From a virus: DNA of 64,000 nt. The DNA is taken from IMG/VR virus record IMGVR_UViG_3300031788_000002, positions 64,001 to 128,000 of that record; one strand, 5' to 3'. Under the pieces are notes generated by a model. It ran no database searches, was not told the origin of the DNA, and was given only the letters and a program-made list of their open reading frames with translations. Position 1 is the first letter of the stretch; each line of letters opens with the position of its first letter. Of the stretch, positions 55,629 to 64,000 are shown one piece after another. The translations under genes were made by a program, and so were the position numbers.

Positions 55629-57402
55629 GGGTAACGCAGCTTTAGCCTACGATGACGATGATCTGGACGACACGTGGGATGGGGAAGAACCCTGGACACC
55701 CGAAGTCTTACCCGAGGAAGAGCCCCTTGAAGTAACCGCGCTTCAAAAGGTTGCGCCCGTCTTACCCATGATGCGCCCGTCACAATTCACGGCGCGGGCG
55801 TTCGTCCTACCAAAGGATGATGGAATGGGGTCAGGTCCTTTCTCTTTCAAAGGGAGACGGCATCTTCCTCGCCTTTACGATACGCCCGCACGCCGCGTTC
55901 TTCTATGCTGCGCACGACAAGTTGAAAAGTCGACAGCGTTAGGTAACCGCGCGCTGTGTTACTCAGCGCTCGTTCCTTCCATCCGCATTCTATACGTGAG
56001 CCCCTCGGGGTCGCAGACCAAAAACTTCTCACGGGATCGTATTAAGGAGCCTATCGAGACCAGCGAGCTTTTGCGCCAATTCACGACGCGCATGCTGTCG
56101 CAAAACGTCTTCGATAAGCAGTTCATCAACCGGTCGATGATCACGATGCGCTACGCGTATCTGAATGCAGACCGCGCCCGCGGTATCCCCGCCTGGCAGC
56201 TTTACTTGGATGAGATCCAGGATATTTTGCGCAGTTGCATCCCTGTTCTTGAGCAGTGCACGTCCCACGCACCCGATCGATGGAAGAGCTTTGTGTACGC
56301 CGGTACACCGAAGAGCCTCGACAACGTAATCGAGGAATACCGGGCCAATAAAAGCACGCAGGGGGAGTGGGTTGTTCCTTGCGAAGGGTGTAACACGTGG
56401 AACGTCCTCGGCGAGAAGAACATTGGTAAGAAGGGGCCCATTTGTAGCAAGTGCGGTAAGGCGATTGACCCGCAAGGAGAGCGCGCCCAGTGGGCCTGGA
56501 TGGTTACGCCGGATGAAGAGCGTATCCATGTTCCCTTTGAGAGCTACCGCATTTCGCAGTTGATGGTGCCTTGGAAGATTCGAAACTGGCACGAAGTTCT
56601 GCACGACTACGTTAACCATCCCCGCGCGCAGTTCATGAACGAATGCCTCGGCATTTCGTTTGAGTCGGGGACCCGGCCGCTAAATCAAGCGCAGCTTCGC
56701 GTGCAGTGCGGTACGCACTCCATGAGCGAGCTTGAATCCTTGCGGCATCGCTCCTTGGCGGAGCCTTTTTTCTTTGGCGTGGATTGGGGGTCTGGGGATA
56801 GCGCTTACACAGTTCTGACCATCGCGACGTACGTGAACGATCGCTTTCGGGTGATCTTCATGCACCGCTTCGTCGGCGAGGATGCGGACCCCGACGTTCA
56901 GGTTAAGAAGATTATCGAGATGGGGCATCACTTCAACGTGGCCACCATCGGTGCCGACCGTGGGTATGGCTTTGGTATGAACAGCCGCCTTGTACGCGCT
57001 TTTGGTAACAAACGCGTTCATCAATTTCAGCACTTGGGCAAGCTTACGAAGAAGGTGATCTTCGATCCCAAGTTGATGTACTGGAAGATGCACCGCACCG
57101 CGGTGATGAGCGATATCTTCGAGGCTATTAAAAAAGGCAAGGCGGAGTTTCCCCGATGGGATGAGTTCAAGAAGCCTTATGCCGAAGACTTCACGAGCAT
57201 CTACAGTGAGTACAACGAACGCCTACGAATGATCCAATACGACCATAAGCGTGGGAGCCCTGACGATTCATTTCATTCGTTTATGTACGCGTGGCTTTCC
57301 TCTATGATCATGATCCCACGCCCGGACATCATTGCGCCGTCGCAGGAAAGCGAAGACGGTAAAGTGCTATCGCCTTACACGGGCCCCGTTTATCAGGGCT
57401 AA
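55627..57402 (+). CDS. Terminase large subunit
   Basis: ARQVEKST (Walker A variant), LYLDEIQD, AGTPK, CxxC..CxxC, FMNECLG, GVDWG, PDDSFHS. Confidence 0.85.
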   Translation: MGNAALAYDDDDLDDTWDGEEPWTPEVLPEEEPLEVTALQKVAPVLPMMRPSQFTARAFVLPKDDGMGSGPFSFKGRRHLPRLYDTPARRVLLCCARQVEKSTALGNRALCYSALVPSIRILYVSPSGSQTKNFSRDRIKEPIETSELLRQFTTRMLSQNVFDKQFINRSMITMRYAYLNADRARGIPAWQLYLDEIQDILRSCIPVLEQCTSHAPDRWKSFVYAGTPKSLDNVIEEYRANKSTQGEWVVPCEGCNTWNVLGEKNIGKKGPICSKCGKAIDPQGERAQWAWMVTPDEERIHVPFESYRISQLMVPWKIRNWHEVLHDYVNHPRAQFMNECLGISFESGTRPLNQAQLRVQCGTHSMSELESLRHRSLAEPFFFGVDWGSGDSAYTVLTIATYVNDRFRVIFMHRFVGEDADPDVQVKKIIEMGHHFNVATIGADRGYGFGMNSRLVRAFGNKRVHQFQHLGKLTKKVIFDPKLMYWKMHRTAVMSDIFEAIKKGKAEFPRWDEFKKPYAEDFTSIYSEYNERLRMIQYDHKRGSPDDSFHSFMYAWLSSMIMIPRPDIIAPSQESEDGKVLSPYTGPVYQG

Positions 57403-58088
57403 TGCACATAGTGATTGAGTCGGCGTAAGACGTTGGTGTCGGTTTCAGGAAAGATTGTGGTAGCTGCGGTGCGCCCGCGCCGGCGGAGCACGTAGATGTA
57501 GGCTGCTTCGCGCAAAGAGCGTCGAGCGGCGGCAAGCTCCGCTTGTGCTTCTTTTAGCTCGAGATCCATGAACGGGACGCTGAAGCGCTGGTAGAGGCGC
57601 TCGGCCAATTCCAGGAGCTCTCGCCAGGGTTCGGGGTTGCCTGTGTACAGCTCCAGCAAATCGAAGAGCTCTTCATGAATGCCGAACAAGAGGGTGCACC
57701 AATCCGCCACTTCCAGGACTTCTGTGGGTACGTCGGCGAGCGCATCATGAACGCGGCCCGCGAGGTCGAGGATGCTTTCTCGGTCGTACGGAAGCGTGGG
57801 CGCGTTCAATCCGTGAAGGCGTTCGAGTCGGATAAGCCGGCGCTCCAAGCGGTCTTCGCGAGCATGCTCTAATAAGCGCCGCGTCTCACTGGGCGCATTG
57901 ACCACCCCGGTTTGGCGCAGAGCCGCCAGCATCTGCACTTCATCTCTCTCCAGGTAGACCGTAACTTCGATCGGGTTGTTGCAGCGACGCAGCTCTCCTG
58001 TACGCACGAATCGCCGCGCTTGCCGGTAACTTATATGAAGAATCTCTGCGGCTTGCGCGAGCGTTACCCAGTTTGGATTTCTTCCCAT
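57399..58088 (-). CDS. Helix-turn-helix (excisionase/MerR-like) DNA-binding protein
   Basis: WVTLAQAAEILHISYRQARRFVRTGELR; start at 58088 or 58103. Confidence 0.65.
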   Translation of the reverse strand: MGRNPNWVTLAQAAEILHISYRQARRFVRTGELRRCNNPIEVTVYLERDEVQMLAALRQTGVVNAPSETRRLLEHAREDRLERRLIRLERLHGLNAPTLPYDRESILDLAGRVHDALADVPTEVLEVADWCTLLFGIHEELFDLLELYTGNPEPWRELLELAERLYQRFSVPFMDLELKEAQAELAAARRSLREAAYIYVLRRRGRTAATTIFPETDTNVLRRLNHYVH

Positions 58089-58122
58089 GCGTTCTTGGGA
58101 CATGTACCCTCTAGTAGCACCT

Positions 58123-59094
58123 ATGAGCCAGTACGATCTACCGCCGCAAACCCTGTTGCAACAATCCTCGGCGCGGCCTGTCAGCGGGGAAGAACTGGAG
58201 ACATACGGAAAGCATGCGGCCGATGCTTACGGGCGGGGAGATTACGAAACCCTCAGCGAGGCCATTGTGGACACGGTGAAGACCGCGGGTCTTTCTCCTG
58301 CGCAGGTTCAACGCGTGGTGGAGTTTACGAACACCGCGGCTTTTTTGACGGAGTTCAATAAGGAGGGCGCCGCAAGTAAGTACGTTGTATTCAACGGAGG
58401 GCCGGCGCGCTTCAACGAGGTTATTCAAGACTTGAACGATGGGGGTGGGGGCACGGTGTTCGATCGGGGAATACTCGATTACTCACACACCCCCGACGTG
58501 AAGACGGCGTCGCGGAAGCAACAGGCGTTGGAGAAGACGGCGGCGGCAGAAGCCGACGATGTCTTGGCGCGCGCTTTCCGTGTTGAATGCGCTGCGTCCC
58601 CTTTGCCTTACGCAAACCCCCTCGCGGATGTTCATGATCTTTGCGAGAAGCTGGCCGCGGCACGGGACGGGCACACCGCGCAAATAAATGAGCTCGAGCT
58701 TGATCTGAGCGCAGTGTCCGAAGAGATGTACCAGCACGTAAAACAGGCAGCCCTCGAGGGTGTTTCCCTTGGCTCGGTAGTGCAGGCGTGGGACTTGGCA
58801 TTGCAACCTGACCCAGTCCTGGTCAAGGCGGCCTTTGCGCTGATGGGACCTCGACTTCAAGCCGACGTGTTCGGTTCGTGGAATGCACTGGGTGCCTCCT
58901 TTGAGAAAACCGCAGCGGTGGGGGCAATGGTTAACGCGGAACACCCTATTGTGGTGGCCTTCGATGCCTACTGCGACCTCGTTACCAAGCTCGCGCACCT
59001 GCGCGCGGCGCAGGGCGACATGCTGGCGGGCATCGATCAGCTTCAGGCGTTCGAACGTTCCGTAGCGCGTAACTACAGTGAGGTGGTGGCGTGA
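58123..59094 (+). CDS. KxA-motif-rich head protein, about 323 aa
   Basis: Four KTA plus KHAA, KLAA, KQAA, KLAH; start uncertain (58087, 58102 or 58123). Confidence 0.65.
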   Translation: MSQYDLPPQTLLQQSSARPVSGEELETYGKHAADAYGRGDYETLSEAIVDTVKTAGLSPAQVQRVVEFTNTAAFLTEFNKEGAASKYVVFNGGPARFNEVIQDLNDGGGGTVFDRGILDYSHTPDVKTASRKQQALEKTAAAEADDVLARAFRVECAASPLPYANPLADVHDLCEKLAAARDGHTAQINELELDLSAVSEEMYQHVKQAALEGVSLGSVVQAWDLALQPDPVLVKAAFALMGPRLQADVFGSWNALGASFEKTAAVGAMVNAEHPIVVAFDAYCDLVTKLAHLRAAQGDMLAGIDQLQAFERSVARNYSEVVA

Positions 59095-59597
59095 ACCCGT
59101 TGGATCTGTACTTGCTGAGCAAACACGCTGATGCGCCACAAGCAGGGGGTTGGGGGCCAACGCTGCGCAATGCTGCCATTCAAACCGGCGTGGGGTTGGC
59201 GGTAGCGGGTGCTCCCCTGGCCGCCAGTCATGTGTACAACGCGGTAACCAAGCGCCATCACTTCAACAAAATGATGGAGCACAACGAAGACTTGCAGGCG
59301 TACCACGCGCAAGACCCGGCGCGCTTCAATCAGCTCTTCACGTCATTGCACGGCATGAACCCCGAGTTCGCCGCCGACCCTATTGTGGCGGGTTCTTACA
59401 TGCGCCAGATGGCCGCCCACCCCGCAGGCGCGGGCAAAGCCTTGGTTGAAGCACGCGGTGCAGCCAAAGCGTTGCCCACGCATCCTTTGTCTGACGTGAT
59501 GAAGGGGATGGCGCCCACGATGGGTAAGGCCATTGCAGAGGGTACGGCGCCCAAGGCGCGGGCGGCACAAGTTCCTCCTGATGTAGCCACGGGCTGA
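59091..59597 (+). CDS. Head-associated protein, 168 aa, with short leader ending KHA
   Basis: MNPLDLYLLSKHA followed by a hydrophobic Gly/Ala helix; GAGGTGG RBS. Confidence 0.6.
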   Translation: MNPLDLYLLSKHADAPQAGGWGPTLRNAAIQTGVGLAVAGAPLAASHVYNAVTKRHHFNKMMEHNEDLQAYHAQDPARFNQLFTSLHGMNPEFAADPIVAGSYMRQMAAHPAGAGKALVEARGAAKALPTHPLSDVMKGMAPTMGKAIAEGTAPKARAAQVPPDVATG

Positions 59598-59606
59598 GCA
59601 CGGCGC

Positions 59607-61199
59607 GTGATTAAAGTCAGTACCTTCCTTCATCAGAACGCGTTCGGCTACACCGCCATACCGCTTTTCGGTGCGGCGGATCGGGAGTTCGAAAAGAACG
59701 CCAGCGCGCACTTGTTGACGCCTGTGGCGCAGTACATTGCGTCTTTGCGCCCGATGAACAGCGCTCAATATGTTTTGGTGAACGCCCTAGGCGCGGGGGA
59801 GTACTTCGGTTCGAATATAAATGGCGATAACTTTCCCGAAGCAGGATTGATCCATTGTCCCGCGGGATGGACGGGTACGCCTGGCGTCGATCGCGCCTTA
59901 GCCGCGGATTGGCCTTACGGCTTTCCGACGTTCTACAACGCGTACCCCTTCGCGCATCACAAGAATAAGGACGCCAGCCGCGCGTATGGGGTTGTGGAGC
60001 TCGCCGCGTGGAACGACCACATGAAGCGGGTCGAATTGGTGGTGCGCGTCGATTACGACAAGTGCCTTCAGTACGGCGGTGTTCCTGTTTGGGACAAGCT
60101 GAAAGCAGGTCAGTACGCCGACGTCTCCATGGGAAGCCGCGTCCCTTTTGATACCAGTTCCATCACGTTGGATTGGAACGCGTACAACGACGCTAAGGCA
60201 ACGTACGACCCGAAGAAGCACCGTTCCCCCGGCCAAGCTGTCCTCGAGGTGCATAAGAAGACGCCCATTAAAGGGCTAAGCATCACGCGTGACGATTACG
60301 ACGAGTACTGCCTCAAGTACATGAACCGTATTCTGCCCGATGGGCGGAAGGTGTTCGTCTGGAATGACTACCCGCGGTTCTTCGACATCAGCTTCGTCTT
60401 TATTGGTGCCGACCGTACCGCGAAGGTCATGGTGTACATCGCCCGGGAGGGGTCCTTTCCCGAAGCGATGCAAACCAAGACCGCCTCTGTCGCCGAAGGG
60501 TTCTCTGGGTTTCTTGAGAAGACGGCCAGCGTTAAGGGAGCGGGGCTTAAGCGGGCGGAAATCGATAAAGAGGTTACCCCCATTCCCGATGCGGCCAAGG
60601 CCATCCCTCTTCTGACGAAGAACGAACCGCCCCTTCCCCACGACTTGTTGAACGCCTTGTCTGCGGTACCCACAGCGAGCGCACTGAGTACAACCAGCGG
60701 CCTTGGGATGGTTCTGCGCCCTCAAGAATTTCAGCGCATGGTTCTTGTGCGTGCCGGCCAGGGTTCTCTGGCGGACAGCTTGGATAGGCAGAACAAGGTA
60801 TTTCCTTCTGGAGAACCTCCTTCATCGTGTGGTTTATCTCCGGAGTTGTTTCTTCCGGCGCTGGCGCGCTTACTTCTTCCCTTGTTCGATCAGCGCACCG
60901 CACTCGCTCCCGCTGTTGAGCGCCGCGTTGTTATTCTTAGCTCAGGTTCTGCGGATCCCGTGAGCGCACCTACTTCCGATACCTCGGAGCTTCTTCGTAA
61001 GATTGGTGCGGCCTACAATGGGTATCGTGAACAACTTCTGGAGATAGCCCCCTACAGCCAAAGCTTGATCCAGAAAGTAGCGACAGCTAGAAACCACGAC
61101 CTAACAAAGCTTGCTGAGTGTTCCCCAGAAGATGTGTTTACCCCCCTATCATTCTGTTACTTACGCGACGCGTATTTGCATACTTGCCGCGCAGGATGA
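59607..61199 (+). CDS. Probable prohead (maturation) protease, HK97/assemblin-type fold
   Basis: NINGDNF, AHHKNKD (His), DVSMG (Ser), FFDISFVFIGAD (like EiS.V..PA); two KTAS sites right after the domain. Confidence 0.6.
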   Translation: MIKVSTFLHQNAFGYTAIPLFGAADREFEKNASAHLLTPVAQYIASLRPMNSAQYVLVNALGAGEYFGSNINGDNFPEAGLIHCPAGWTGTPGVDRALAADWPYGFPTFYNAYPFAHHKNKDASRAYGVVELAAWNDHMKRVELVVRVDYDKCLQYGGVPVWDKLKAGQYADVSMGSRVPFDTSSITLDWNAYNDAKATYDPKKHRSPGQAVLEVHKKTPIKGLSITRDDYDEYCLKYMNRILPDGRKVFVWNDYPRFFDISFVFIGADRTAKVMVYIAREGSFPEAMQTKTASVAEGFSGFLEKTASVKGAGLKRAEIDKEVTPIPDAAKAIPLLTKNEPPLPHDLLNALSAVPTASALSTTSGLGMVLRPQEFQRMVLVRAGQGSLADSLDRQNKVFPSGEPPSSCGLSPELFLPALARLLLPLFDQRTALAPAVERRVVILSSGSADPVSAPTSDTSELLRKIGAAYNGYREQLLEIAPYSQSLIQKVATARNHDLTKLAECSPEDVFTPLSFCYLRDAYLHTCRAG

Positions 61200-61294
61200 T
61201 ACAACTTTCCTATTAGGCACACGCCAGCGTGGAGAGGGGTAGCGCCCTTCGAGGAACACGTGAACACGTCCCACTACTTCGGAGAAACGCATCC

Positions 61295-62059
61295 ATGATG
61301 AACGCCACGCTCGCGGCCATGTACAATACGGCAGGGTACGGAGCGCAAACCCGTGAACAGGAGAAGGTTGCACACCTTGAGCTGTTCGCCAAAACGGCCG
61401 CGGCCAATGGGATTGACCTGACGGCGCTTTCTCAAGGTGATCGGGTCGCGCTCTACAACGAGTTCACCCAGAAGCTGGCTGAAGAGGGGGGCGAGTTCCC
61501 CCCGAAGGGTGAAGAGCACGAGGAAGAGTCCGAAGAGGAAGAGTCCGAAGAGGAAAAGAAGAAGCGCGAAGAGAAGGACAAGGAAGAGGGCTCCGAGGAA
61601 GAGAAGAAGGAAGCCCAGGCGCAGTTCGCAGCCATGCGTCAGTGGCAAGAGAAGAACGCCGAGGTCGATTTCCTTGGCCGCCGTATGGCGCACGCATTCG
61701 AAGACGAGCGCCGGCAGATTCAAGCTGCGAAGACGGCGTCGGCCAAGCCGGGAGCGGCGCAACCGGCAGTGCCGGCCGTTGCTCCCATGCCGAAGACGGC
61801 GTCGGTTAAGCAGCCCGCGACGCCGTTTGATACCCAGGCCGCGCGTCTTGCGGTGAAGCTGGCTTCCGACGCCAAGCTCAATACGAACTCGGTCATCGAC
61901 AAGCTGAACGCGTTGCTGACCCTCGGGGTACCCCCGTTGGACAAGACGGCATCGGTCGCTTCAGCGAGTGATTACACCCACACCCTTAACGTGCGGGCCC
62001 TCGAGCTGTTGGAAGCGTCGGGGTACCCGGTCAACTGGAACGCGGTCTTCGGGCAGTAA
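61295..62059 (+). CDS. Scaffold-like protein with E/K-rich tract and many KxA motifs, 254 aa
   Basis: GGAG RBS before ATG at 61295; KVAH, KTAA, KLAE, KEAQ, KTAS (three), KLAS. Confidence 0.6.
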   Translation: MMNATLAAMYNTAGYGAQTREQEKVAHLELFAKTAAANGIDLTALSQGDRVALYNEFTQKLAEEGGEFPPKGEEHEEESEEEESEEEKKKREEKDKEEGSEEEKKEAQAQFAAMRQWQEKNAEVDFLGRRMAHAFEDERRQIQAAKTASAKPGAAQPAVPAVAPMPKTASVKQPATPFDTQAARLAVKLASDAKLNTNSVIDKLNALLTLGVPPLDKTASVASASDYTHTLNVRALELLEASGYPVNWNAVFGQ

Positions 62060-62066
62060 ACACGCC

Positions 62067-64000
62067 ATGACACGGAGCAGAAACAAGTACGCGGACGCTT
62101 TGGGATCGGGAACACCGGATCCCAGTACCGCCCCGGCACGTTCTGCGTCTGTGCCTCAAATCGCTATCGCGAACACCCCGGCCCCTGGTCAACGGGGGCC
62201 TGTGGGTCTTGGCGGTCGCACATCGTATTCGCGTGTCAATACGGGAACCCCACCCATCCCCGACATGGGAACCAGTGCTCAGAAGAGCCAAGCTCCTCGG
62301 GGGATGGAGTTCCTACCCAAGACGGCAGCCCAGGAGAATTATCACATGACGACTACGGTCGCGGGACGACCCGCGCTGCAAGAGATTATCAAACAGGCCA
62401 TGGAAGGGGCGGCTGCTCGGGTTGACATCAGCCTGGAGTCGGCGCGCCAAATCGCTAATGCTGGGGGAACACCCCCCGCGGTTGAGAAAACCGCTTCGGC
62501 ACTTCCTTCCGTACGTTCCTTGCCAACGGATTTGACCACGAAGTTGGCCAGCGCCCTTGATTACGTCGCGGTTCAGATGGATCCCAAGCTGGCAGCCATC
62601 GACATCGACGCCAAAACCACCGACGGCGTCGGCCCGGGGGAAGGACCCAATGCGCTTGATGTGACGCACGCGATTAGCAGCGACGCTCCCCTTCAGCCCA
62701 ATGCGTCGGGAAAGGCGATTGAACAACCGCCCAAAAACCCGGCACAGCAAAAGGATCCAACCCGTCCGGCCGACCCGGGTACGGGGCTCGAGACCAACGA
62801 CAGTACCGAGCACAGGGAGCAGCCGATCGAGCCCATCCCAAATCAAAAGACCACGCTCTCCAATGAGCAGGCCAAAGAGTCGTCGGCGTACGCCAACAAC
62901 CTGCTTGCTCTTGGGCTGGCGCGTGTTGAGTACGACACCAAAGGCCAGCCGCAAATTGTTAAAGCAGCTGGAATCGGGGGCGCTATTACGGGTGCTCTTG
63001 GCGGCGGTGCTCTTGGCGCAGGGTTGGGTGCCTTGGCCGGGCATGCGCTGGGTATCGGCGCGGGGACCGGCGCGAAGTGGGGCGCTACCCTCGGTGCCGC
63101 CGGCGGTGCCCTTCATGGATCAGACGTGCTTCAAGGCGTGGGCGCTCCCCCTGCCGCCGAAGCGCAACCCAAGGTTGCCGCGGAGGAAACCACGCTTGAG
63201 CGCAAGGGGCGCAAAGGCGGTGCATTGGCCGGCACGATTGCAGGCAGTGTCGGTGGGGAACGCGCGGGGAGAGCTCTGGCCGAAGTGCTGGGCGCGGGTG
63301 CTCTTCGAAGTGGTCTTGCCCGTGCAGGCGGTTCTGTTCTCGGAGCGGGTATCGGTCATCACATCGGTGGGCGCCTTGGGCGCGCGGCCGGCGGCGCGGC
63401 GGAACATCGTCTCGACATGATCGACCCCAAGGGGAAGAAGGAAGCGTCGGCCGCGCTCAAGAACCTGGCGCTTCGCATGGCGAAGACCGCCTTGGATCCG
63501 GAAATGATGACTCCCGAACAGATCGATGCAGCGCAAGCCTACGGAGCGGCGCGCGCGCCACAAGTTCATGGCGCGTTGGTGGGCGGTGCTCTTGGGGCTC
63601 TCGGTGGGGGTGCCGCGGGATATTACTTTACACCTCTCAACTTTGCCGGGAAGATGATGGGTGGCACCTTGGGCGCGATTCACGGTGGTTTGGCAGGAGC
63701 GGATATCGGCTCAGCCGTTGACGCGGCGCGGATGACTCCTGAACAGCACGCGCAGATGACCTTGAACGCGGAAGATGCCGCGCAGGCTAACAAGCAAGCG
63801 TCAGTGTACGCCCGCAATCTTCTGGCCCTCGGGCTGAAGAAGCAGGCGGAAGATGCCATCAACCCGGCGCAGATCAGCGCGGGTAAGATCGACGACATCG
63901 GCGTCAATTCTCCTGACGGTGCCACCCCGGCGGGCGTTGGTGTTCCTTCGGAACCGAGCGACGTCAATTCACAGAAGCGGCTCATCGAGTCGAACCTGGC
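62067..64000 (+). CDS. 3'-truncated KxA-punctuated protein with three glycine-zipper modules (>644 aa), not in the ORF track
   Basis: Hand translation is open from ATG 62067 to the window end; second in-frame ATG at 62346 with AGGAG RBS. Confidence 0.75.
   Translation, partial: MTRSRNKYADALGSGTPDPSTAPARSASVPQIAIANTPAPGQRGPVGLGGRTSYSRVNTGTPPIPDMGTSAQKSQAPRGMEFLPKTAAQENYHMTTTVAGRPALQEIIKQAMEGAAARVDISLESARQIANAGGTPPAVEKTASALPSVRSLPTDLTTKLASALDYVAVQMDPKLAAIDIDAKTTDGVGPGEGPNALDVTHAISSDAPLQPNASGKAIEQPPKNPAQQKDPTRPADPGTGLETNDSTEHREQPIEPIPNQKTTLSNEQAKESSAYANNLLALGLARVEYDTKGQPQIVKAAGIGGAITGALGGGALGAGLGALAGHALGIGAGTGAKWGATLGAAGGALHGSDVLQGVGAPPAAEAQPKVAAEETTLERKGRKGGALAGTIAGSVGGERAGRALAEVLGAGALRSGLARAGGSVLGAGIGHHIGGRLGRAAGGAAEHRLDMIDPKGKKEASAALKNLALRMAKTALDPEMMTPEQIDAAQAYGAARAPQVHGALVGGALGALGGGAAGYYFTPLNFAGKMMGGTLGAIHGGLAGADIGSAVDAARMTPEQHAQMTLNAEDAAQANKQASVYARNLLALGLKKQAEDAINPAQISAGKIDDIGVNSPDGATPAGVGVPSEPSDVNSQKRLIESNL

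Noticed and set aside
62060-62345. Apparent 290-bp intergenic gap as a possible ncRNA
   Set aside because: It is an open frame continuous with the downstream ORF and contains KxA motifs.
62701-63420. Track ORF of 239 aa on the + strand
   Set aside because: It is an alternative frame of the ORF starting at 62067/62346, which the track missed because it has no stop inside the window.
1-64000. tRNA/rRNA genes, integrase, transposases, diversity-generating retroelement
   Set aside because: None was recognisable by eye and intergenic space is minimal; a tRNA or covariance scan was not run.

Overview
This 64 kb window is a segment of a large tailed-phage genome (GC-rich, standard genetic code); I saw no tRNA, CRISPR array or integrase. 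It has five blocks. (1) 1-13.4 kb, rightward: tail, fibre and decoration genes, a holin-like protein, a GNAT+pyrophosphatase-like fusion and a papain-like peptidase. (2) 13.4-30.2 kb, leftward: replication and recombination genes (RusA-like, Cas4-like and Hjc-like nucleases, RecA, HU, PolA, SSB-like, primase, DnaB-like, family-4 UDG, SF2 helicase). (3) 30.3-37.4 kb, rightward: head genes including an intein-containing portal. (4) 37.5-42 kb, leftward: a MoxR/VWA pair and small genes. (5) 42.1-64 kb, rightward: a single-chain beta-beta' RNA polymerase with an intein, a spike/baseplate protein, terminase, a probable prohead protease and scaffold/internal head proteins. The most notable unexplained pattern is a K-x-A(S/A) motif, mostly KTA, that is dense in six head-region proteins and often falls at domain boundaries. 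It suggests a protease-processed virion cargo/polyprotein system. Also notable are a canonical -1 frameshift cassette at 13385-13573, a candidate phage promoter CGCAGG(C/G)ATAA, and ORFs missed by the ORF track. All family calls come from motif recognition by eye; no searches were run.
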